Shown in pieces: positions 26,962 through 39,959 of a stretch of 64,000 bases of DNA (within the stretch, counting starts at the first letter, position 1; the number at the start of each line of letters is the position of its first letter). The DNA lies in assembly GCA_002633005.1 (NCBI GenBank), contig NMRA01000065.1, forward strand, positions 797,066 to 861,065, written 5' to 3'. The notes under the pieces were generated by a model. That model saw nothing but the letters and a program-made list of their open reading frames with translations. It had not been told where the DNA came from and made no database searches. This DNA is from Phoronis australis. Its lineage: Eukaryota > Animalia > Phoronida. A program made the position numbers and the translations under genes.

Positions 26962-28559
26962 TCAAGCCGAGACTGTTTCAACAATGGATTCTTTGAGAAT
27001 TTCTCCGAAACTCGGACAGCCATGCTTTTCTGGATACGCTTCTGGTGTCACCTCAATATTATGATCACTCTTCGCTAAAACAACCTCCTTTGAATTACGG
27101 CCTGAATTTGGTGATTCCGGCAAACTATCGCTGTCCGACAGTGCTTCTCCATTTCCACCTGATTGAACAATTGGCTTGAAGTTAGATGTGTGATCCCATG
27201 TTTGGAACGAGTCGAAATTTCCGCACAGAGATGCTGACGACACAAACTTGTCCTGATCACAAGTACTGTCGACTGCGATGTCTGGGTTTATGCCACCAAC
27301 ATTCGCATAATGCACTCGATCTGCACCCGTGAGAACAGAATTAGAATAAGAGCTGAACTGTGGACTGGCATCTATCCACTGGGGCGCACTGACAGGCGAG
27401 GTTTCATTCTTAAAGCTGGTGAACGACAGCGGACTGATGATTTCGGAAATCGGCTCGAGCTTGTACAGAGCAGGAGAGGGTGCAAGCTCTGTGAACTTTG
27501 ATTCTGTTGGCGAGACCGACGTGGCAGAGGGCGCCATGCTGGCAAGATCCTGAAAGTGCCGCACGGCTGAGTCCTCATACTGCACACTTCCGTCACTTGA
27601 CGAACCATCGCTAGATTCTGAATACGAGCTCTCGTCAGTTTTGAACTGATAGAAAGTCGTCGTGTTCTCGTTATGAACGAGCCCATGGGACTCCTCGTCA
27701 GAGTCACTGAACAGGGCAAGCCTGGGCAGGGATTTGTCATTCTGGACTGCCGGCAGACCATCACTTTCGACAACCTCATACGACATAGCCGTGAAGTCGC
27801 CGGTCAGTCCGTTCTCGTAGTCGCACATTTGCACATCGTGCATCTGAACTGCATTCACAGCTCTGTTCTGGCAGTCGCGACAGCTACCGCGCTCGTTACT
27901 GTTAAACTGAGATAAATCCACCTTGTCATTGTCACCGTTCTCAGAACTCTCACGGGCTTCACTCTCTCCATCATCAGTAAATCGTACATGAGACCTCGAC
28001 TTGCCTGGTGTGGTGACGTCAGGCTCTCCTTGTTTTTCTAACTCCAATCTCATGAGCGTGTGAATAAAGTGAGTTCGAACACGCAGCGGATTGAACTCAA
28101 TTCGACCCGTCTCATTACCGCAGCCGTCTTTGGTACACCCACATGGAAACGACATGCGATCAACCTGGCACTTGATTCCCTCTAGGCTACATGCACACGT
28201 CGTTGGATCACAGTACACCTGGCACTTGCAGCCGCAGAATTCGCGAGATCCTCGGATCTCCTTACATTCGTCCTTCTCTTCATTATCGATCTTCTTCACA
28301 CCGGAGAGGCGAAGCATCAGCCGCCGTTGACGAGTCGCCACTGGCTGAAGGAAGTAGTATTCCTCGATCTCCGGATCGCTGTCACAGTCGGACGAATCGG
28401 AACTGTTGAACGGTGAGTCAGTGGGTGGTGGTTTCAGCGCTGCTGGCCTTGCATTGATGTGGCCCTGTTCTAGAAGAATTTGACGCCTGATTCGTTGCTG
28501 TTCCTGAGCGTACTCCTTCAGTGAGAATTCCTCAGTGTGCGTGTGCTTTTCGGACATTC
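26962..28559 (-). CDS. CSRNP: CSRNP last (large) coding exon containing the Cys-rich domain and acidic/Ser-rich tail
   Basis: 548-aa ORF of the track. The true exon begins after the catttcag acceptor at 28560-28561. Confidence 0.96.
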
Positions 28560-31500
28560 CTGAAATGATAGGGGTACAATTAAAAACAAACTGCCGAAAA
28601 GCATCCAAAAAATTAATAGCACCACGAATGTCATGATGAAAATAAATCCAAATAGCATAACCATAGCACGGCCGCCATTAAAAATTCAGTTTTTGTAAGG
28701 GCTACATTTCAGAGTGTTAACATGATGAAAAGTTATCATCAATCGTCTTACAAAATAACACTATAGACCAAGTGGTTTGACTATGCTTGATGGGACCCCG
28801 ATTTATTCCAGTTTGAATGAGCCGATTTGAGTTCACCAAATTACAACTGTTCCGTTTCCACTAAATTCTTCACACAAAAAATGTTAACACAAACCAATTC
28901 TGTGAAAAGCCGCTAGACTCCCACGTGATGTTTTTTCAACACGACATCAAAAAGTAAAATCCAAGGGTGTATCAACAATATGGCTGCTAACATTGGCACA
29001 CACCTCCACTTTTTAAAACTTTGCAAAATTGATGGTAAAAGAGTAAATACACAAAAACCGTTTTTAATAAACAGCGATATCTTTTGACAGCATCTTTTAA
29101 ATAGTAAAAACACACTAGGAGGACTCAATTTCTGTTTTCTCAAAAACAAGATGCCAGTATTTCTTTGCAGTCAAACTACAAGACAAAAACATAATTAAGA
29201 GCTCGTTAACAAATGGATTAGCATGCGTGGAGTATTGCTTTCATTCTGCTAACCGCAGTGCCAAGCAGTACCTAGCTACAAGGTCATTGACATACAATTA
29301 TGGCTCATTGAAAAATGTTAGAGCAAATTACAGACCTGTCTGGTTCGTTGGCAAACCACTGAACCCGATTACTAAATAGTGTAGGCCAGGAAGGGAGTTA
29401 TCATAAAGTTGTAGACTGCGCTGCTGTTATAACACACACCTGTATTTTGGAACTACTTCTGAGAAACAAAGTATCAGGATCCATACGATTTGCTCTTACC
29501 TTCATTTCTGTTCACTGTAAAAATACTAATGACGCAGTGAAATGCGCAAGACATGTTCCCCACGAGTAGAATTATGAACTAGTAATTGCAATATTACATT
29601 TACCAGAAAAGCGTGAGCAGTAAAAGCGAGATATGCCACATAAGTCGGCCAAAAGGTAATCCCAAATCTTTCTGCTATGGACACATTCCATACCATTTGT
29701 AGGGATACCCAAAACTGGCTGAACTGTTACGACTGTCGAGGGACAGCTGGTAAATTCCAGCAAATGTGTTCACCAGATTATTGCACTAAAGGTACTCACT
29801 GGCAACGTACGGTTAGCAAGGGTACGTTTTATGAAAGTAACTCAAGACTTAAGATTGAAATTTGGTCTTGCGCTCCTACTTCACAATTGCTTAACAGAGG
29901 TTTAGGCAAGAAATAATAAGCAGTCTAGAAATAATTTATAAAAATTATCGAAATAACAGTTCTGTGTACATATGCTCAGAGACTTTGCAATGTTGCTCAA
30001 GTGAGATTTTATCATTTTTCAGAAATAGTTATGTAGAGTGAACACAAAATTTCCGTCAAGTCTTACGTCACTCTTCATAAAAGTGACCCCATATAAAGTG
30101 GTGACTGACCTAGAGTTGATCCGCCCTGGCTGGGAACACAAGTGAATCCCTGCTTGCGTGGGAAGTAGAACACTTTGACCCCGGTGAAGTTGACAGACTT
30201 CTTCACCTTCTTATGTCGCTTGAAGCCTACAACTGATAAGAAAACACAAACCTTTTTACTTTCTTGCTGTCATCAGTGATTATCATAAATTAATGAGACA
30301 CTAACGCCAATTCACACATTAAAACTACCAATTGCGATTAGACAACTTAAATCCTTGCAAATAATCTTATCAGCGCTCTCCGCAACTGAAAATCCAAATG
30401 TGTGTGAAGTGAGTGAATGCCAACTAATTGCCAGAAGCTCGGAGACGGCTGACATTGTCTGCAGTACAAATTGCACTTGCATCACCTTAAGAGAACAAAA
30501 CCTGCCTTGTAACCTGGTGAACCTAACTATAACTAGTAATAACTAAGTATTAAGCCTCACTTAAAGCTGAAAAGACATTGATAATGGTGGTGACACCTTT
30601 AGTTCAAAATGCTCACTATTGTTTTCAAAGTTAGTGAGCCAGTGGTAAGGGCTGGCAAGCAGGTTGTGGTGACGTGTCAAAACAGGCTGTGGAGAATACT
30701 GCAACTGTAAATAAAGGTGGGTTACATTTGTGTGGACAGAACCAACCAGTGATTGCAACCCATAGCAATCCATCTTGAAATCCGTAAGAGGTATAAACAA
30801 AAGTGGGCACCGACACTTTTCAAAGCCACCAAAATCTGTGCAAACTAGTTGCATATCAATGAGAGCAACAGATTTTTGTTGAGTGAACAATGTGCACATT
30901 CATTTCGGTTAAAGAGAAACCAATAACATTTCTGAAGCACCCCAGCAGAATTGAAACTGTAAATTCTATGTCGACGAGTTGGTTTAGAAGTCTACCATTC
31001 ACGAAACAGGCAAGTGCAAAAAATTTCATAAATATATTCAAACAAGGAATCAAATTAATATCACTGCTATTGTAAAGATTAGCCGTCAGCACCTACTTGC
31101 ATACTGGCACCATTATGGGCTCAAGTGTCAATGTGGGAAATAAACCAGACATGGTGGCAATAGCAGTGAAAACATCAAGCCATTCAAAGTCCACACACAG
31201 GGATCATTTAAAGTGTTAACAGTCCGATTTAACGTGTCCGCATTTCGAGAACCAGTTCTCTCCACTAAATAACGGGCGTCAACTGGTTATCAAAATGCAG
31301 CCATGTTATATCAGACTATTGCCTTTAGATGCCTGTTTAGATGGCTAAAAAAGTTAATTTTGTCCTTTAGTGCTTTGGTGTCATGCTTCACAATTTATTA
31401 GGGTTGGCCAATGCCAAAATTGCAAATTCGAAAATAGCACATCTGCGCTTCGCCATTAACTTGAGTTGTCGTCTCATTCAGCAACAATTCAAAATTGGAT

Positions 31501-33078
31501 CAGCAGAGTAGTGTTTTTAAATCCCAAATTACTTCGGTTAAGAATCCAACAAGGACAGCTGTGAAATGCAGTTTTAATGAGGTCCTGTCAGGGAAATCGC
31601 GAAATTTCAACCTCAATCCGAATTCGTAGCAATAGCAATCACATTGATACTAATTCACTGTGTGAAAAGTCTCTAAAAAGACTTAATCCATAAAAAACCA
31701 CGCTTGTTTGTTTAGAAGTTCTGCGTCAGATAGCAACAATGACATTTCATCATCACCCCTAATGTCCTTGACTGTTGAACAATGCATTTTACGTCACGCA
31801 ACGATCATATCTATTTAGTAATAAAAGTTTTATGTAACCTATTCAGATGCTTTAAAAGTTGGTCCGCATATGGCTACAAAACAACCGTAACATTCATACT
31901 TACACCATTTTTGAATTTTTCAAATCACTGTAAACATTTTGGTAGTAAAAACTGACAAGCGAAGTTCATGACATAAAATGTAGGTTCACAAATTAAAGTT
32001 TGTGAAAGCGGTGAGAACACAGAAGACCACATCAATGTCGAGCAATATTTCAATAGGGTAAGGCGAGAAAGCTCGACACCTCACTGGCATACGACAGTAT
32101 CACGGCTACTCCTGATGGTGACTTAACAACTACGCCAGAATGTCTAACTTTGAGAAACAACAGAGCAAAGACTTGCATTTTCCATAGCGAAAGCCAAGAT
32201 TTTTCACCGTCTCTCATGAGTGACTAGCTTCGCTGACCATGCACCTGCTCTACTCTAAGCTTTAGAAATGACCACAAGCGTTTTTGCGGACATTCACTTA
32301 ATAATGGTATGTTGAGTGTTACACTACTATAGCGGGTGTCAAGTATTTTCATTTAATTACGCGATGATTACAAAAAATCGAGACATGAAATAAGGCAGGT
32401 TAAACGTCTTATATTAAGCATAAGACTGGAGGTTAAACGTCTTATATTAAGCATAAGACTGGAGGTTAAACGTCTTATATTAAGCATAAGACTGGAGGTT
32501 AAACGTCTTATATTAAGCATAAGACTGGAGGTTAAACGTCTTATATTAAGCATAAGACTGGAGGTCAAACGTCTTATGTTAAGCATAAGACTGGAGGTCA
32601 AACGTCTTATGTTAAGCATAAGACTGGAGGTCAAACGTCTTATGTTAAGCATAAGACTGGAGGTTAAACGTCTTATGTTAAGCATAAGACTGGAGGTTAA
32701 ACGTCTTATGTTAAGCATAAGACTGGAGGTTAAACGTCTTATGTTAAGCATAAGACTGGAGGTTAAACGTCTTATGTTAAGCATAAGACTGGAGGTTAAA
32801 CGTCTTATATTAAGCATAAGACTGGAGGTTCTAAGATAAAATAAGAATGGTTCGCCAGAAATAACACTCGTGGACCAACCCATTCTGACCAGAGTCAAAC
32901 TGTTAAAATCATCTTATCCAGCAACATATAGTCTGTTTTTGTGGGTATGCATGCACTCACCACTCTTAGCGGCAGAGATAGATACATCAGTGCTGCCCTC
33001 TGTGGTACAGCTACTGGAGCTGGCCTCATCGTCCGTGTGAGGCAACGTTTCATTGTCACTGTGCTTTCTCTTCGACAT
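26962..33078 (-). CDS. CSRNP: Cysteine/serine-rich nuclear protein (CSRNP/Axud1 family transcription factor): complement(join(26962..28559,30110..30226,32961..33078)), 1833 nt, 610 aa
   Basis: Phase-1 GT-AG introns. Hallmark motifs [110 protein letters not shown], and C-terminal [15 protein letters not shown]. Confidence 0.96.
30110..30226 (-). CDS. CSRNP: CSRNP middle coding exon ([38 protein letters not shown])
   Basis: ttgtag acceptor, gtcagt donor, conserved basic/RVxF block. Confidence 0.95.
32395..32830. repeat. 33-bp minisatellite, ~13.2 copies, each with an internal hairpin
   Basis: Unit ggaggt(t/c)aaacgtcttat(a/g)ttaagcataagact. It explains the repetitive ORFs 32368..32898 and 32576..32839. 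Confidence 0.98.
32961..33078 (-). CDS. CSRNP: CSRNP first coding exon ([39 protein letters not shown]). The exon probably begins at 33192 with 5' UTR.
   Basis: ACCATG start, KRK then Ser-rich segment typical of CSRNP N-termini, gtgagt donor, ttacag acceptor at 33193-33194. Confidence 0.85.
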
Positions 33079-34125
33079 GGTTATAAAATGGTGACGGTTC
33101 TGACAGCTACACTCTATTGCACACACCAACGATGAAATGATGACGTATCAGCAGTATTGCAACGTCCCTGACTAGCACCGTGAAGGCCCAACCTGTAACA
33201 CAGTAAAGTAATACAAAACAGTGTTCATTTATTTTTTTCTAGTCAGTCTCAAACTATCAACCAGATTGCAACCAATAGTTCCCATATGTGCTGGCTAGAC
33301 CTTGACGTAAATTGTAGTAGGCTCGTGAATTAAACCCGGTGCCACTTGATGAGAAGTGATTGTCGAGAATACAGAATTAAAGACAATGGGTTACGCAAGT
33401 CGATCCACAAAAAGCACATGCATTATCATTTGCCTCATTGGACATTGAAACTACGAAACTTGAGGATGACTTGAAAAATTTAGGTCAAATTGTATTCTAC
33501 CTGCAACTGTGTGTAAACACAATTATTTTCAGAAAACTTACAGTAAAAATTCAAGTTGCCAATGCAAAATTTGTCTTACTCGTGATTCTTGAATTTGGAC
33601 TGGCCAATATTGCCAACTTCTAAATTTTGATACGTGCTCCGGTCTTGACTAAAAATTCATTTTCAGTTCCGAACTGGAGAATGTTTACCGTAGCTGATTG
33701 TGTCTAAAATTACATCAGACCAAAGTAAAACGGTGAAATAGAGCCCATTATCTATGTCCTTGCAATGGCTGCAAATAAAGGTTTTATTCAGACGGTGTTT
33801 AACGCACTTGACTAGACCAGCATTTTTATATACGATGATGGTACATAAACCAGCAGTGATGAAGCTGAATATTTTGCAGTCAAGAAAGATCCTTACAGCG
33901 AACTAAGTCAAATCTGCCAGATTTCTCGACAGACACGCATTATCTATCAGCACCGTGACATACATGTGGGTTTGTGTTGTTCTAATCTCAATAATTTACA
34001 TTCTACACTTACTTAATATGTGAGACACGTCTCTCTCTCTCTCAGTTGAATAAGCTTTTAGAACAAGTTCAGGCGGTGTAGGATTTAAAGCACCAATAAC
34101 CGAGAGTTCCGTTCCAGAAGCAAAC

Positions 34126-34800
34126 TTTTGATTTTGACCACTCATACAAGAGCAAAGCAGAGCATTGAAATGCGCCCACAAATGCATTGCAAATGGTGTG
34201 CTTTTAGGGTTATTTATTTGTATCATAAAAATGGCCACTAGATAGCGCAAAAACATACAATCCATCCAAAAACAGGAACATGCCATATTTCATAAAAATC
34301 TGTAAAGGAACTTCAGAGAAACAAAGGAAAACAAAATAAAATGAAATTGCCACTAGTGGGCACGGAGTCCATTGGATCCGTCTCTTTTATCTTCATATAA
34401 ATACACTTACTAAATTTAGTAAAGATCCTGCAGTGGGTTTAAGAGATACAACTATGGGCGCAAAACAATACTACCACTAGGAGGCGCCACAGTAGTCAGT
34501 CACCATCATCAATGGTCGTCTTTACACTGAGAACATATATTGTCAATTTTCAAATGATTTGTTTGATACAGGGGTGGACACCAAAAACAAGATTTGAAAA
34601 CAGCAAAAATGGCCACTAGGTGGTGCAAAATACCTCGATTCCATCCAAAAACAAAGATTCCGTCATCACACCAATAGATGCCTATATTTAAAATTTTATG
34701 AAAATCTATTGAGAACCTTTGAAGATATTGAGTTAAACGTAAAAAAACTATAATTGCCACAAGGAGGCACAGCAGTAGTCAGATCTGTCCGAAAGTCAGC
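34126..34800. mobile_element. Helentron/HINE-like element with internal degenerate tandem units (related copies at ~43340-43870 and ~44470-45140)
   Basis: Repeated aaaatggccactag(g)tggcgc, attgccacaaggaggcacag..gtagtcagatc and aaattt..taaagatcc motifs. The 43.8-kb copy ends in a gacagacacacacaga microsatellite. Class assignment is inferred from this architecture. Confidence 0.5.
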
Positions 34801-36143
34801 GTCATCCGTAGTCAAAATCATATAAGTACTCTAGTCTGTGTTAATTATAATCTCTAAATTGAATTAACGTTATACGAGACACTAGAAAAATTGTCCAAAC
34901 CTTCGGAACATCACATAGCTGGTCGGATTTAAATGAAACTGTCATATACTGCACTTAATGCAATGTTCTACACGACGTTGTTAGGAATCGTTCTTAAAGT
35001 GTTCCACTTCGACATAAAGGGCTTTCAGTATTTTTATGGAAAACCGAAAGTTGCATTAAAATGAAAACGATTGGATGACTTAAGAATCTGTAACAGCATT
35101 ACTGAGACTTCATCATGGACATTTATAGCAAAAGGTAAATTCAACCACGTTAGTGATACTGTTGTTTTGTTAAGAACGCACCTTTCTTGTTTGGAAAATT
35201 CTACGTGGTCACGTGACCCAAGTAATGGTAGATTAGTATAAAGTAAAAAAATCAAATTCTAGGCTTTCTATTTTCAGAAAACAAATACTTCTGAAACACA
35301 GCGTGGGTTTTGTAAAGATATTTGGCTAAATAAAGACTTGTCGATAACCACATTTAGTCAGCTTGGCCCTCTCTAAGCAGCCAAATGCACAATAAATGAA
35401 AATGCTTCAAACTATATTTTGCCTTGTTTTGACTAGTGACCATATTGTCAGCACCATTAAACTTTCCTTTATAGCACTGCATATCACAATATCGTAAATT
35501 CAATTTTTCCAAAAATAAAAAAAAACAGAAAAGAAGCGACTTTGGCTGAAAGTTTTTTACCTCCACAAACTCGACAGTGATGTATGAATGTACCCTGGGC
35601 CAGAGAGTTATGTCCACCAACAAACAAATTTCTTGGCCAAATACTAAGTTGTCACAACCACCACATACACACTGCCTCCCCATTCCTCAAGTCTCGCCAT
35701 CCATAATATACCATAAACCACGGGAAAACAAGGAGCAATATCTGATGACTTTTGGAGGATGACTAGTGATGTAATTGGTTGCCCCAATTTTACGCAGTAT
35801 ATTTTGACCAAAAAATGCTCGTAACTCGAGATCACATAATCAACATATCGTCAGATAGCGTTTGTGGGTGTTCCAACGGCTGACCGACTGCTGGAGTTGT
35901 TTTTTGGTGGTTTTAATATAAAATGGGTCATTTCAAGCACTTTAATAATTCAATTCCATGTAGTGACCATATAACATTTAAAATGTTCTAAAACAAGTTT
36001 CATCTCGCTCCTTAATAAGATTAGAAACGATGTTAGACTTGAGAACTGAAAGGTTGTTATTAGTTTCTGATCATGTCGATTACCATAAATTGATGGTCTT
36101 GAGCGGATTCTTTTCAGACAAGGATGAAAAAAAATTAATTTAA

Positions 36144-36356
36144 GTGGTGTGTTGTACCAGACGTGCACAGGCCCCACATGTGGGCCGACTGCACAAATCG
36201 CCTGAAACGACTTATGCTTTATTAACATACAGTTAAAACCGAGCTGAGGAGCAAAAAACCCGACTCAAGGGTCTAGCAGTGTGGCCCAGTAGGATTCGAA
36301 CCCATCGACCTCGAAAAAAGAAAGCATTCACTTATCACACTAGGACACACTGCCTC
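36144..36356 (-). mobile_element. tRNA-derived SINE (copy 2)
   Basis: Minus strand reads gaggcagtgtgtcctagtg (A-box-like) then GGGTTCGAATCC (B-box), followed by a body shared with copy 1. Confidence 0.82.
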
Positions 36357-37517
36357 CTCTTAATAAGGATGTAGGATGGCAGGGACATTCCAGGTGCTAT
36401 ATTGTAACCAAATTCAGTTCAAACAAAGGATGAGAATGTGATGATGTTGCTTTGGAGAGGCAATTAATACTGATGTGAAAAAAATTAACCTTTTAAGACT
36501 AGATCATGGTTTACAGTGACTTTCACAAGTGTTGTATATTATACATTCTTTGTCAAGCAGCGCCATCTACTGAGCTCCAGTGCAGTTAATTGTGTGTTAA
36601 CTTTGACCTTTCCCGGAGTGCTATGTTTTTTCCTGCTTGCCGAGTTAACACAAGATGGTCTACATGCCTTGTTGTTTTGCTCTCGTATCTATCCAGTGCA
36701 TCCCTACAAAGGGTGGTACCCGTGAGGCAAAAATCTACAGAAATAAATAAGAATTACATACATGACTCATCCGCAGCTGAAAACTTCTGCTCACTGTTAA
36801 CTGCTCATTTGCTCAGACAGTCATCTTCCAGTAATTGGAGTTTCCCCTTTGCTAAAAATGCTTATTTTTTACAAACTATGACTAAATATGTCCTCCAGGT
36901 ATAGTAGAACGATGCAATGACAACCAGACCACAAGACTTCCAACCAATACACGTCTTTCCACAACATCTCAACTATAATGAACTGATATTCTGACAAATG
37001 ACGTACTGCAACAATTAGTTTGCAGTGGCAGACTGACTGTTATATTAAAAAATCAATATTTGTCAGAACACACTGTTGACAAAGAATCAGAAAAATGTTA
37101 GCAAACTCAATACCTAACATTAATGTCCTAAGTTGATACTGAGGGCTGAGAGGACAACAGGGAAGGAACAGGCTACTCCCAAGTCCCAACAACGCAAGCC
37201 ACCAACAGTATTCCCGTACAATAGAAAATTCAACCTTGATGTTCAAAAGTTCGTGTCTGTACTTGGAGTTCATACATTAAGTCTAGGAATGAAGGCAGTG
37301 ATCAGGTGTCAAAATTCCAAAATGCTCTTATTCGCTTGAGAAATAACCAGTTAAAATTCCTTGCACAGATGAGCCAAACTCGTCAAAGCATAATTTTAAC
37401 TCAATACAATGTCAAAACAATGGAGAAAACTGCACATACCTGTGCCACAAACAGGTCAATCGGACCAATAAGTTATTAAAGACACTGCTTTCAAGAGCTG
37501 AGTGCATGGGCATGAAG

Positions 37518-37998
37518 CAGGCCTTTATCCAGGACTTTAAAAATAGGGTGTCCAAAATGGGGTTTCCAATATTCCAGGGCGTCCATGATTCCGATGTGTA
37601 ACCCCCCACCCCCAGCAATACCCCCAAACACACAGATTTTGTTACAAAAAATGCATAGATCAAGGTTTTTACATCTAAGTTTATAAAACAGCCTTCTATG
37701 GTAAGCACTTTTACTAAAAAACTGTGTAGATCAAGACTTTTACAATGCTGTCAATCAAGTGTCAAAATAGCAACAATGCATATACTTTGTATATACATTG
37801 TATATTTCTTCCTGCTTTGAAAAAAGATCCCCCACTGTGAGCCTTCAGAGGCTTCCTAGTATTCATTACAATGTGCGAGTCCAAACTTGAAAGGTTCTTA
37901 TTGACAGTGGGCGTCCAAATGATACATTAGGCACCCTGGCAAGGACGCCCAGATTAGTGCTAGGGCGTCCATTTGGACGTACGCTGCATAAAGGCCTG
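37518..37998. mobile_element. Non-autonomous hAT-type MITE (481 bp)
   Basis: TIRs CAGGCCTTTATCCAG / CTGCATAAAGGCCTG with perfect 8-bp target-site duplication GCATGAAG (37510-37517, 37999-38006). Confidence 0.9.
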
Positions 37999-38045
37999 GC
38001 ATGAAGTAAAAAGTTATGAGCAGGCTGAACGTACTCAATGCTCGA

Positions 38046-38171
38046 TTTGGTGACCTGCAATATGTTTAGCGACCTGCAATATACTTGGCGACCTGCAATA
38101 TACTCGGCAACCTGCAATATACTGTGCGACCTGCAATATACTAGGCGATCTTCAATATACTTGGCGACCTT
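38046..38171. repeat. 19-bp tandem repeat, ~6.5 copies
   Basis: cttggcgacctgcaatata-like units. Confidence 0.9.
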
Positions 38172-38279
38172 TGAAAAATACCAAGTCTCCACAAAATCAC
38201 CACTGAGAATATCAAAGTCAGACAATAATTCCTGCGAAATTGGTTTCAAATTTTGTGTTGACTTCCAAACTTTAAATTA

Positions 38280-38645
38280 CCGTAAACGTTCGGGTTAATG
38301 CCCTGGGCAGTTAAACTGGTGAACCCAAAAAATCGGTGGTGGGCAGTTCAGCAGAAATGGGCACTTAAACATGAAATTTTAAGAAATCGGGGGTGGGCGA
38401 TTAACCAAACATGGGCGCTTATTACGACAGACAACCGGGCTGGGCGGTTAATCTTACCTCAAGATCCCAGTCCCCACACCTAGTTGGACCGCGTAGCACT
38501 TTTCTGAGCTTTATCGCCACATCAACAAATGACGGTAAAATGTCATAACAGCGATTATTCCAACAAAGGATCATTTGCCCTTAGATTAGGCCTAATCATT
38601 TCAGCTAAATTTACAAAAGTGCTGACTAATAGCCCGTGCCGTCCT
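38280..38645 (-). mobile_element. One end of a Tc1/mariner-type non-autonomous element, inverted relative to the 46090-47524 copy
   Basis: TA|CCGTAAACGTTCGGGTTAA terminus. Aligns in reverse complement to 47140-47524. Confidence 0.85.
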
Positions 38646-39959
38646 GCGTTCTTGTTAGAGCTATACCTGTAAAGCCGAGACGACCAGTGACTATGCAGCG
38701 CTCCACTTGGATTGCAACTATCCTCACTGACGTGACAGTACAAAGTGCGTGCGTGCAAGCGTCACGTCCTGCATAGGTCACAGCAGAGTCATGTGTTAGA
38801 GAGCAGTTTTAAATTATTTGTAATTAAAGTTTGAAAAACTAATTCAGGTGTTTTTTGTGTTTGAGATGTTTATGTTCGAGACTACGTGATTCAATGACAG
38901 TTTCAACGCTAGGTTCTGCGGCTGTTTTATTTCGACCGCCCGGCGAAGATACGCAGACATAAGCCAGTCATCAATCAAAAGTTACCTCATTACTCAAAAA
39001 CAAGTACTTAAGATTTTAATTTTAAAAAATACTAACACTGTGAATGGGATGAGTCTAATGAACCCACACAGTAGAGTTTGAGAAAGAAGTAGTTCATACA
39101 CGTACCAGTGTCGGTAAAATTAATTCGAAGACGAAGCCCCCATTATTCAGGTAACCGGCACCAGTGGTTTGTTATATGACTAAATTCGTGGCGAGTTCCA
39201 ACGAGCAAAGCGTCCTTACTGAGTCGGTATTGTTGCAAACGGGACTCGGCGCTAGGCATAACGAGCTGCAGGTCGCATTGGGGACCTGAATTTTGAAAAT
39301 GCAAGCTGAGATTTTGGTCATCTTGTATTTAGTCGTAACATGTAACCTGGACCAATGCATACGTATGTGATAAAACATCACAAAACAGCGATGTTTCTAT
39401 TCATTGTTAAACGATCAACTTACCAAATTTTGTGGTGGAAAAACATTTTTATTTTACATGCAAGATTTCTAGATTCTCCTAATATAATATCACCTACAAC
39501 ATCATACTGCGACACTGTTCGGTCCCGCTGTTTTGCGTGCAATGTCCCCGCAAATGATCGCGACTTGGAAATGGAGAACGGAGTGTGGCAGTTTTGGTAC
39601 CTACGGCCTTGCATTTTCGGCGACTCGCCAAATCTGACTTGACATCAAGCTAAGGGTTGACCACTGATACTATACTTAGAAAGACACACATTTTGAAAAC
39701 AAACCCTGCACATGGACGCACATATGTATGAGCGGTGTGAAGAGAAGATGGGCTTAAGAACCAAAAGAGAAACCGAAGCACAGTTGCTGATTTTTGAAAT
39801 AGCCGTGCCATAATGAAAATCAATATCCCACCAGATGGCGATCAGGTCTTCCATGGGCAGGCATTCAGCGCCACCTACAGATCCCATGTAATGCAGACAG
39901 GTTTCAACCAACTGGTGTAAACAGTGGTTTATAACCTTTCCTACTCTCACAAAACCAAA

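Noticed and set aside
27075-28409. Several overlapping ORFs within the CSRNP large exon
   Set aside because: Alternative-frame or antisense shadows of a GC-richer coding exon, with no independent features.
32368-32898. 176-aa and 87-aa repetitive ORFs; CRISPR-like appearance of the palindromic repeat
   Set aside because: The ORFs are by-products of a stop-free 33-bp unit inside an intron. The linkers are identical (no spacers), there are no cas genes and the context is eukaryotic.
36280-36356. tRNA gene
   Set aside because: It has A/B boxes but no cloverleaf, and continues into a body shared with another copy, so it is a SINE head.
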